From the NCBI GenBank assembly GCA_977016875.1, contig CDRNST010000038.1:1922001-1986000 (forward strand): DNA of 64,000 bases, given 5' to 3'. Within the stretch, counting starts at the first letter, position 1, and every line of letters begins with the position of its first letter. The notes under the pieces are model-generated. The model saw nothing but the letters and a program-made list of their open reading frames with translations, did not search any database and was not told the origin of the DNA. Shown one piece after another: positions 1 to 11,673 of this stretch. Source of the DNA: Pavona decussata. Taxonomy: Eukaryota. Both the position numbers and the translations under genes were made by a program.

Positions 1-36
1 CCATTTTGAATGACGTCATATTGTAGTTCCCCGAAT

Positions 37-172
37 GGAAGATCTTAAATAACAAGGACATCAACCAGATCTCAGAGCCCAGCGGTTTTCGCGAAAACAA
101 GGGTTCGGTGGGGGTGCCCATTCTCGCGGGCTCACAAACCTGGTTCAAGTCCTCGTTATTTAAGGATTTTCC
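37..172. mobile_element. ~135-bp foldback MITE-like element (second copy at 33511-33646)
   Basis: Terminal inverted repeats cttaaataacaaggac / gtcctcgttatttaag. A near-identical copy lies in an EFTUD2 intron. Confidence 0.7.
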
Positions 173-1509
173 CCACAAATAGACATTTCGAACTTTGATA
201 ACAGCTAGTTATGAATCTAAATTACATCAGTGAGGACTGATAGAGATTTGTCACTCAACTGAAACATGATTAAATAATCTTGATCAATCTACTAAGAGAG
301 AACACAGGGCTGGCAGTTCAACATGGATTTGAATCACTTGTAAAGGTTTCCTTTTTTTGTGAAATGAGACAATTGCCGATAGTTTAAGGTTCCATAAAAG
401 AATCTTGGAAACTTATTTCCCCCCACCACCACCAAACAATGTCGAAGTCGAATTTTTTACCGAAACATGTCTTGTAAACTCAAAACTGTTACAAGAGTTT
501 TGTTTGATTCCTCACTGTCATCATTGTTTAGGGGAGGGGGGAAGAATTTTCATGTTTTAAAGTAAAAAAATGTCCAAGTGTCCCGAACGTTTAGGCCAGT
601 GCTGTAGTCCTGGTTGACCAAAGCACTATTACGTTAATGATATCCAATCGAGCGGTGATTATTCTCAACTTTGAATACAGAGTAGACAAAAAGAGTTTTG
701 TTTAGTGTACTTCATTTTTGGATTGATTAACCTCAAACCAAAATTCAATTTAGTAGCGAGAAACGCCCTCAGTGAAGACAAACAATACCCTTTGTTCCGA
801 GTAAACTTGGAATAGCGTCGATCGGCCTTTGAATGACCAAGCTCAAGCATGTAATCCGAGAACAGGTATCCCATTCAAAATAACTATCAGCAAAACAGCG
901 TTAACAGCTCGGAAGGTTGGAATACATTGAATTTTACATATCTCAAAAGTGAATAAAACTGATTTATGTTCACGGACGGGAATTCAATGAGAACTCTAAT
1001 TCAAGCTGGACTGTTTTAACTGTTTACCTCATGTGGCAGGTGGTATAGGGTGGATTACGTGTGGCAAGAAAATCTTGCTTCCCATTTAGTAATTGTTAAC
1101 TCCAATTCTCTTTTCCAACAACATTTTCGCCAGTGTTGAAACGCATACCGTTTTCAATACCTTCCCATTTTTTTTTTACTTGAATTTTGTATTTACGAGA
1201 TACATCCATCGAACACAAACATCAATGTGTTCAACGATATCAAAGAATGATAGCTTTGCTCCTGGAATTTGTTTCGCGAATGTTTTTAAATGCGAAAAAA
1301 TCCACACTCAAACCAATCCGCATCTAAAAATCCTATCGGCCGGTCCGTAACCCAGTTTTGCGAGAAAATACGCTATTGGCTCTATACTTAGTTTTACCAA
1401 AAGCACGTTTCGAATTAATTTATTCCTTCAGTGCGTGTTCGCTTGCAGTGATTTATTAAAAGCCGTAAACGTAAGTCGAGAAATATAAGAGAAAATGCCA
1501 ACCGCTTAC

Positions 1510-1603
1510 CTTTCTTTATCTTCGTAGCTTTGGGGTGTTTTCCTGCCTCAACGTAGGCAACCGCCAATATTAAAAGACATACTAAAAATGTCTTAGGAGC
1601 CAT
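1510..1603 (-). CDS. First coding exon (signal peptide) of an unidentified secreted protein; the rest of the gene probably lies left of the window
   Basis: MAPKTFLVCLLILAVAYVEA|GKHPKATKIKK: hydrophobic core with a V-E-A cleavage-like site. Acceptor ttttcag at 1612-1610, phase-1 donor AAG|gtaagc at 1509. A strong upstream donor GAAG|gtaagt at 1933/1932 suggests a non-coding exon 1. Confidence 0.7.
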
Positions 1604-3139
1604 GTTTAGCTGAAAAGGATGTACATTACACTAAATTAGATTGGCATAAAGGGGCAATTAAACATCCCAGTTTAAAGTTAGTCGAAAACCAAAATCAGAC
1701 TTTTAGGTGAATAAGATTGTTGTCTACCGTTAAATAACTTCAAGTGACCAAGTCTGTGGTAATGAAGTATTCAGTTTTCTTTCGCCAAAGCTACAATATC
1801 TCAATAAAATAAAGGCTAATTTTCTCTAGCGTTGAACTCCTTTTTAAGGGCAATAGATTCTTCGATAACCTTTGTTAGTTTGCGTTGAAGCAAAGCAAAG
1901 CCATTGACTGGAACGCCAATGCATTCACTTACCTTCCCTCTGAAGCTTCTCCCTTGAACACGGATTGAATTATGATAAACTGAAATAAAACGTTTTATGC
2001 CAGGGCCTGGAAATGCTAAATTATTCACCGGCCTTTGTAATCCCTCATTCACTCAGATCAGGGACCGCGGATGATTAATAATTGACACCCCCTTAGGTAG
2101 TTTGTTTCTCGAACGTCACCGCTTATTTCTAGAACAGGGCATTATTCTTGATCCCTCGCAAACAAATTTCGTTGCTGCTGAAAAAAATACCTAGCCTGAT
2201 TTTGTTTTCGTGATGAAATATTTCCCACTATTTTCAAAATGCCATTTTCCAAGTTCAGTGGCTTCGACTCGGGTCAGTGACTGTTGTTAATATTTTAGTA
2301 CACACCAGTTGTAAAGTTAGCAAGTGACAAGAGAGCACCAGGACAAAAATGGACAAAAAAGATTGGGAAATTTACTTTCCTCTCTATTTCGCAATGTCGA
2401 GTCTCTAACGTCCAATAAATGCCACTTCTCTTTCTCAAACACAACGCAGTACCGAAGAAGTTGCGTGACTAATCGCTACTTGACATTCAAGCAACTTTTT
2501 CAACACTGCTAGAAGAATTTTCATCGAACTTGAAAAATCTTGTTTTGACTTAGACGCGTAGTACCTGCACCTCTAATGAAATTCATTGCTTGTTGCCGTT
2601 ATTAAGAAGAAATCCCGTTTCTAGACCATGATCGAGAAACAACATTGGAGTTAAGTTTTCGCCGTGTTTCCTGCAGGGCGCGGTCGCTTTGGTTTAACGC
2701 CTGCCACTGGTTTTAATACTCGCACTAGCACCCCATGTTCAAAACCGTAGAAAAACCGCCCGTAATTTATTTCACTTGTTTAAAAACAAACAGTTTGAGA
2801 TGAAAAGGCTGGTTAATACATTTTTATTTGAGTGGTCACACCGTTGTGGCTTTCATGTATACAATCAAGGTTAAAATCGCGTTATATAGAGCATTACTGA
2901 CCCGGGAAGGAACGCGGCTGACCCATGGAAAACAACAGTTGCAACGGCTCTTAAAGGTTCACTGAGTTGACAAGACAGTCTGCCCCAAATCATATCGATT
3001 ATATTAAGTTTATTTGTTGAGCTGTTTCGGTAATTTGTTTTCTTGAAGCTTAAAACTTTCCAAACAAAAATCACAGTTAATTCTTTCAAACAAACTGATA
3101 TGTTTACAGAAAGCACAGAATAACAATATAAGCTCAAGC

Positions 3140-3420
3140 TACATACAGGGTTTTGTCCACAGATCAAACATAAAACCACCTTTTCCATCCTTATTAATAG
3201 CACCATAGGATAGTGCTGCTCGGTAACTTTCATTGATTTGTATGATCTCTTTAAGATTTCATTCAAATTAACTCAAAAGTTACAACTAGCTTGTGCAGCA
3301 TAAGACGTTTAGCAGTACCACACGCAAAGCGATTGAATGGACTTTTATCTTACTGCTGGTTTACCATGTGGACTTCGAAAAAAATTCAATCTGTAACAGT
3401 TTCAATGAAATATTTCCTCC
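3140..3420. repeat. Degenerate copies of the ~106-bp satellite unit found at 50770-51300
   Basis: Shares atagcaccatagga..tgctgctcggtaactttcatt..aagatttcat..actcaaaagtt with the array downstream of DHX37. Confidence 0.55.
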
Positions 3421-6400
3421 TAAACACAACTACTTGTGGCGAAATGGTCTTTTTAAGACTAATTAATGGCAACAAATGCCGTCAAATCTCATGTGTACTG
3501 TTGATGGATACGAAATTTGTGTTTGGAAATATTAAACATCTGATTTCTCATCAACTCTTCATCACGATATTTTATATCGAGGGTAGACTAATTTGACAGA
3601 TGAGCAACAAGATATGATGATGTATTATGCGCATGCGCCAAGGACAAATGAGAACGCATGCATGAGTAATGATTGACACCCCGTCAACAACACCAGAGGC
3701 GAAAAACAAAAAAAACCTAAATTGTTGCAGTTTAACCTACTTGTTTATTTGATTACTGAAATTGAAAAGAACTGTCTAGTTTCTCAAAATTCAAAATCAC
3801 AAGATTATTCATGACAAGAAGCGTAACCAGAGTACTTTTACTAGCTGGGGGATGGCGACTTTATACTGACAAGAGAACTGACCAGTTCTGGAACAGTTTT
3901 GAAGCAGGTTGTATAGTGGTGGGTAAGGGCTAGTGTGAGTCACGTGTAGCCTTTGAGCCCATATCGAGGCCGTGAATAAAGCAGATGTTTTTTAGTTCGT
4001 ATTCTCTTGGATAGAAAGCTACTACATCACAGGGCAGTGACCCAAACATTCTGTTAGATTTCATAAATCTCACTTGTGTGAGTCACGTGAAGCCCTGTAG
4101 GTCACCGCGCCCTGGTCACATTAGGCTGTGGGTTACATATATCCCGTGAAAGACGTAGGCGTAGTTCGTCTCAACTTGGATGGAATGCTGGTATATCGTA
4201 CTGTTGACCCACTGGCAGGCGTTGTTGGATTTCAAAGAGGTTTCCAAGGAGATACACGGGGCAAAGTTTGTTGTCTTAGGAACAACACTTAAACCTTGAT
4301 CAAGGTCGAACCATCCGCCTTTAATTCGAGTTTGTTCGAATTAATTCGAAAATCGTCTCCAAGAGGAGACGAAAGTCCGGCAAGCTAACTTCTTGGAAAC
4401 CACGCCTCTGAAATAAGCACACAGTAAATCCCGCTTTGTCCAACACCTTTCTCTGGTCTTCTTTTCCGCCATCTCAAGCAGCAGAAACTCGTTAATGATA
4501 CTGGCTTATAGTACAGTAATTACGCCATTGGTTATCTTGAATTGCCACTTTGATCTCGGACGGAACTTTTTTTGTGTTTCAGGTGTAGGGAATATGAGTG
4601 GTATTTGACAAGATAAAACCAAGAAAGGTAGGAATACCAATTTTAACACCGCAGTTGGCTTTTAGGTAGAAAGAAAACCCCGGTATCCCATAGAAATATC
4701 CTTGGAATAAGACAGAAAAATTGCAACAAGTTGCGAACAAGGCACGTACTAGGGAGAGGAACATTTCTGTCCAAAGACGTTATTTTTAGCGTCTCGGTCT
4801 ACACAATACCACCAATAAACGCAAGGTACACCAGCCCTACCCCACCCCAGCCGTTTCGCTTCACGGTGCTCAGGTTCTAACCAGTACGTTATCACCTCGT
4901 TTTTTCTTCAGGGAACATGAGTCCAGTCTCCACTCATTCTCAAATGAGCTCTCTGGAACCCAGTTCAGACGCCGTACAGTAGTGCGCAGTTGCCTGGCAG
5001 CGGTTTGGCGCCAAAATCCGTTTTTTCGACAGATTTCAACTTGAAGCGCGGCAAAATCTGAAAGCACGCGCGCCGGAGTCGGGGGCATTCCAACATTTGA
5101 CAGGATTATTAATTTTTCTTAGTATTTCAATGTGTTCGAAATAACACCGCCACTATCACCTTTACCAACGACAAATGAAAAGTCTCCAGTTATTTATTAT
5201 TAAAAATACAGCTCTTCAATCAATGTGTCCATCAGTCCTCTATTTACAATAACGTTGCGTGAATTCGTATATTATTACTAGGTCTCATCTGCCTGTGTTC
5301 TGTAACCTGATTAAACTATTACTGTTAACTATTACTTAGTTTTTACCTCCTTTAAAAAATAAGCTTTATACATTTTGTTATTGATTATAACTAGGGCTTT
5401 AGGGTGAAAACGGGGAAACATTTTCTTTCAGACATGGAACAAATTAATCGAAGAAATGGTGTTACCTAAGGATTTGAGAGTTGAGTTTTTTCAACTATTT
5501 TGCGCTTTCCATGTTAAATACGAAGCAGCTTTCTCTCGGAACATCTTCAGAAATTTCGAACTTCGATAAAGTTAACTTAGCTTCTCTTATTCAATGCCTA
5601 CGTTCTTACAGTTTCTTGAGGCAGTTTTAAGAGCAGAACCGTAAACATGAAACTTTCGAACCAAAATCTTCACTGCACATTATTTTGTTAATGTACTATT
5701 CCGCGTCAAAACAAGTCTTATTCCCGTCAAATTATCGAACATGTTCCATCGACTTCGACAGCACAAACTGCATGAAGTCACGTGACAAGACGATCACGTG
5801 ACAAAAGGAAATCTGTGTCCCATGGTCTGTTTAATCCTAAATGAAGGACAGCCGGTCTACTAAAGGTCAAATAAGGTCCTATGTTATCGATGGAACCAAA
5901 TGCCTACACAAGTAAAATTTGTTTACACTCGTATGGCACTAACATTCAAGCTATTCCCCAGGCCATCTCCTAAAACTATGAAAGACTGACGGGAGTAAGG
6001 GATTGGGGAACGTTTGGGTGCGCAGGGGGGAGGGGGAAAAGACAACGTGCCGGCGAACAGAGAATTTCTCAGCTTTTACTAGGGGTAGTATAGCTCTTGT
6101 TAAATACTTTCCTCGCAGCTGACTGTTATTGTAAAGTTTGAAAATTCCGTGTTCGCTCCCCCAAACGATCCCACAACTCTTCACTCTCACAAGGCTCCCC
6201 ATAGTTTCTAGAGTGGGCAATTAGCGAGGCTTCACTTCGGGCCTCATTTTACGGCTTTTGCAGGATCATCAATGCTTTCGTTTAAACATCTGTGGAAAGC
6301 ACACCCCAAACTCCACTGCCACTTGCACTGTAAAGAAATTTTCTCACAGCTTTAAAAATCCCCTATAAAAAATAAGTTCCTGAAATGTCAGGCATTGACT

Positions 6401-6476
6401 TTTATAGTTCTACGTGGAGTAAGTTGTCCAAGGGACTGTTTCAAAGGTTTTCAAACAACCATTCTATTTGCGCTCC

Positions 6477-9400
6477 TCATGTTGATGATCCGCTGCTTGC
6501 GTCACCAGATGAAACCATCACGTCACTGTTTCTAAAGAATCCTTGATCACTGTCTTTCTTCTTGAGAGCTTTCTTACGCGCAGTCAAATTCGTTTTCTTT
6601 GATTTCTTCTGCGGTTTTATTCGCTGAATTTCAGTCCTCTTGCTCGCCTCGTACAACGCATCTTCGTCCATGGTCGGTTCGCCCGACTCTGATCCCTCGG
6701 CTGCACCCGACGACTCGGTGGATTCCGGAGCTTTTGTTGGAGAGAGCTTGGGCAAGGGTGAGATGATCAAAGCCGCCATTTCCATTCGGCTCATATCTGT
6801 AAGAAAAAGATAGGTTGTGGGCTCGAGTCACGTGGTGTCTTCACCCGGTTTGGGGGTGGGGTATTCCCATATATAGGCTAGATAGGTATGTGCCGCCCAA
6901 CAGGGTATGGTTTTTGAGAGTTTCAGGGTCAGGGTTTAAGAACCTGGGCGGCACACAGCTTTCTCAAAATTAATTCCAATCTTTTAGCTTTGCCGTGGAT
7001 AACACCCAATATAGCAGAATCTTCATTACGTCGTCACCCTCGGGGAATGGTTAATGACCGTTTAATATACAGGCTGCACAGAATACACGTCAAACACAAT
7101 TTAAAATCTATCACATTTGATCACCCAGTTTAGGCACAAAAGTGCTCACAAAATCACTTACTCGGTTAACCTGTAGTGCGTTCTTTGAAAACGTCTTGAA
7201 AGTACTGCGGATCATTGCACCTTGGACATTTTAAAAGCAACGAATAAATCGTGAAAAAAAATCCCCCACTAGTATCTGAAGAGATGGGCATTGTTAGAAT
7301 AAAGCCGTTCATTAAATACCTGCAGTCTTTTCGTTCCACAGTTGCCACAGCGGTTGCAGTTTAGCGGGTATGCGCGGACCGCACGTCAGAAGATGACAGG
7401 TAGAACCGCAAGGACTACACACTGGCAGAGAACACTGTGCGCATGTGTTGCAGGGGTTACAGGGATCCGGTGGGACATACGGGCTTGGGGGAAGCAGATC
7501 CGGCAGTCCCATGGCCGGGGCGTATGCCGGAGGGGCTGGGGCTAGAATTACAAAAATACATCAAGTTATTTCTGGGATGTTTTGAGAGGCCAGAGGAAAA
7601 AATGGCGCTATAATACGAAAGCATTGGAGGATGGTGGGTTCCTTGGAGTCGCTGCGTTCCGGAAACGAAGTGGCTTGCGGCTTAAATGACCGTGACAATA
7701 GCAAGCAAAAATTCACAATTAAAGAAAAAGACAAAATACCTTTTTTAAAAAAACTGTATTTGGTAACATGTTCAAAATTTATTTTGTATTCTAGTTGTAT
7801 ACTGCCTTCATGTTCTTTTCTTCTTCTATTTTGTCGTTTAGTACCCTTTTAGAGCAGTTTTCATTTGAGCAACGAAAGTAATTCGCATTTGCCTTCTATC
7901 TTGCTTTACCGCGCTCTTAATTGATTAGCAAAACTCGGGCCAACCAATGAAAAGCAATCGTGACATGGTTGCAAGCGTTTTCCCGCGCTTGACGCCCGTT
8001 ACATGTATTTGCTTCGAGATCTGATTGGTTCGTTGCGCTGTTTGCGTCTGCTGTGAATGGCCAGAGTCATTATTCTTATAAGACCAAACTCTTTACTCTT
8101 TTGTGGTCGTAGAGTTCCACCGTACATTCGGCGGTCATTCAAATCTGCCGATATTAACTTGTTGGCTTTTAAAAAATCGCGCCTTGTGCCTACCTGGATA
8201 TGGCGCCGGTGCGTAGGAGACTGGGGGTGGGAGAGGATTCACGTACTGTGGGGCGGGCTGGTAACTAGCTGAAAGGTAAACACAGTAAGGTCGTTTAAAA
8301 TAAATAAATGGATATTTCAGTGGCTCATCCACAGAGTACTTCTTCGTCCACTATTTCCTGTAAGAATTGGAATTTAGAAATGGTGGTTTTTGTGGATGAA
8401 GGAAAACCGGAGTACTCGGAGAAACTTTTGAGCAGGGACAAGAACCAACAACAAACTCAACCCACATATGGTGTCAACACCGGGAATCGAACCCGAGCCA
8501 CATTGGTGGGAGGCAAGTGCTCTCACCACTGCGCCACCCCAGCTCTTCTACATAAAATAGGGAAACGATTGACACAAATTGCAGCAATTGCTTGCAGCAC
8601 TGTGGCTTAAGTAAGTATTGGGCTTTGAGCCTCTTACGTAAGCCACGCACGCGGAATAAATGAGCATCTGACAACTCTAATAGGCCCGTCAACTAAAAGA
8701 GAATGTAATACCTAAGGCCGTGGTGCACATACTCCAAATAATTTTGTCCAAGCTGTCATATTTGAAATAAACTGTCCTTCACGCAACCCGAGTAAAGCCT
8801 TGTGAAAATAGAAACCTTCCGTGGTTATTTTACTCTTTTTTTCTCTTCCTTCAGTTTTATCGTTTCTCCAATTGGAGAAATGTTTTCTTTGGGTTTTCTT
8901 TCCCTTAAAGTTACCCTCTCCTTGAACAACGGCGGCCAGGAATTAAATGTTCAACAAAACCAGCAGTGTTCAGTATCTTTTTTTCCCCCTACAACATCAG
9001 TTCTTTATCAAACATTAAGTTTATGAGAATGGAACATATGATTACCATAGACAAAGCGTCATAGTATTTAATTAAATTCTCCAAGCCAGTAGCATAAGAA
9101 ACACATGGAAAGATATGACACGAATGTACATTGTGGGGAGCAGGGGTGGCGCAGTGGTGAGAGCACTTGTCTCCCACCAATGTGGCCTGGGTTTGATTCC
9201 CGGACTCGGCGTCATATGTGGGTTGAGTTTGTTGTTGGTTCTCGTCCTTGCTCCGAGAGGTTTTTCTCCCGGGTACTCCGGTTTTTCCCTTCTCCTCAAA
9301 AGCCAACATTTCCAAATTCAAATTCGATGTAGAATTTGAGGGCCACAGGTTTGTCAGTCGAAACAGACTTTTAAGTATCACCCTCGTTAAACAACGTTGA

Positions 9401-11357
9401 TTTGATTTGATTTTACATGTTGACATTCGGGTTTAAAAGGCATTGCCACTCACCTTGACTATATGCTGGAGCGGGAGGTGCATAGGGAACTGGAAGAAAA
9501 CACAAAAAGATCGATTGAGACATTGAAAATTGTAAACCACACGGCAACAAACGCTTTAAAAAGACAATATACAATATCAACACCTTGAAAATAGTACTGT
9601 AATGGCTGAATGAGTTGCTGAAGACCAGGAGACGACGATTTAGTTACATCTCGGGATGGCGAATCGTGCTTTTTAAGCGCTATTTTAAAAAACGTCAAAT
9701 GCAAAGTTACAACGCATGATATCAAGTTACAGCTATTGACAAAACGCAGCTAAAGATCAGAGAAGTTCCGTTATATAGTTAACTATGTCAATCGAAACCT
9801 TTTTCATGGCGATGCGGTTTAGAATGATACTTCCAGAGATCATACCAGTGAAGCGAAGGAGCTACAGAATTGTAAAAAAAGAGCAAATAATATCAGTCGT
9901 GACTCGCGAATTTTGACTGAAAACAACAAACGCTTCCATGATATACCGGACAACCAAAATACCTGCTAAAACAACGTTGAAAAAACTCAAGAAAACGAGT
10001 ATTAAAGAAATCTCGAGTGTAAAATTCCCCATTTTGCAAGGATCGATGCACTCCGAAATCAGACACCCGGGGCTCTATTTTCGGGTGATCTTACTTGTTT
10101 ATGCAGGTGATATCCGAGCTTCCTTGCACGCGATTGGCTGTTGACAATTGAGTCATTGCAAAGCTTTACATATGACATTAGATATATCTAGGTGGGACTC
10201 GCAAAATTTTCCTGGCACAAAAATGGCGGGGTATATGTAAGGATTCATATTTATCGTTGGCGTAGTCGAGCAGAGGTGACAATTTTAAATGCGGTAACCA
10301 CCAGCACTTTATTGCACTTTACTATACACCGACTTTCGTTCTTTACATCTGCGGGTGGCCAAAAGCGATTCTGTAATAAATTTTTTGTGTAAATGATTTT
10401 TAGTCTTAATATTTTTGCGCGGATTATTTAAAGCTGGTCATCTCCTGGTCTTAATTTACGGAATCGAACAATGCGGAAGAATCGCTCTCAAAAAGCCACT
10501 AAGCACGGCTTTCCTTTTCTAAATGTTGTGCTCATGATCGCTAGACTAAACATTACCTAACGGACAATACATGAAAATGGCTGACATTTTAATATTTTTT
10601 TGTTTGCATTCAAATTAGCCCTTACTAAACTCGTTCTTGAGTTCAATAATCAAAAGAATATTTCATTTACCTTGAACGAGGCTCGTAAGGCTAATTTGAA
10701 TGCAGACAAAAGAATATTAAAATGTCAGCCATTTATGCATCAGGTCTATGTAATTCAGGTCCCAGATAAACTGGTAAAACTCGAAGCAAACCAGTCCAGT
10801 GACGGCACAAACACAAAGTATTACACTTTACTTAGAGAGGTGAATGACATAAAAGTCGAGCAACCTGCAGATTTGATTCTTATCTTTAACTTAAACTGTA
10901 TTCACTGGGACAAAAATACCAGGCAGAAATAAGGCCTCAGATGTTTCGTTGACAACTGATCCATACAAAATCAGTTTTTCTACGCGTGAAATGTTGCGCG
11001 CCACAGTATTTCCCTCAACGTTTAACAAACGTCACACCATTACACGTTTTTGTATTGGCACAAGATTCAAGGCACTCGAAACCAAAACTAAGGAAGCTTG
11101 AATCCGGTCAAAAGTGGCATTGATCATTTACCTTTGACCATTGAGAGGCTCTTCAGATACCAAAAACAAGAGTTTTCCAGCGAGATACAAAATTCAAAAC
11201 TCCGCTGATCCCTCAACTCACGAACGTATGCACGTGCTTACGTAGCACACGTGGCAAACACTAGAATGGGGAGGGATAGAGGAGAATCGGGAAACGAGAG
11301 GAGCGCGTGTGAGGAGCGCGCGTGTGGTGCGCACGTGAGGAGTGAAATGTAACTTCT

Positions 11358-11398
<41 letters not shown>

Positions 11399-11634
11399 TG
11401 CATCGCGAGATACTCGGGTTTCCTATGGGTGGTGCCTACTAATACAGGAATATTTTTGCGCGGTTTAAAACTGTACGGAGAAAGCAGAACTTACCAAATG
11501 CCTTTGGTATCCCCCCCAAAAATTGGGGGTAACCATGCATTTTTCAGAGGAAATTAAGCTTCAATTTAGGAAAAAATCCCATACATTGCTTTATATTTTG
11601 GCGCTTTTTAGAGATATTGTTGCTTAATTATCTC

Positions 11635-11673
<39 letters not shown>

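Noticed and set aside
2871-3596. 131-aa and 101-aa ORFs
   Set aside because: They overlap degenerate satellite units and have no convincing splice or domain support.
3900-4330. Two degenerate SINE-like segments (related sequence at ~29860-30030)
   Set aside because: Too decayed to define boundaries or family by eye.
9140-9210. Possible tRNA gene
   Set aside because: It is a SINE head continuous with the SINE core and tail; a second copy lies at 8297-8545.
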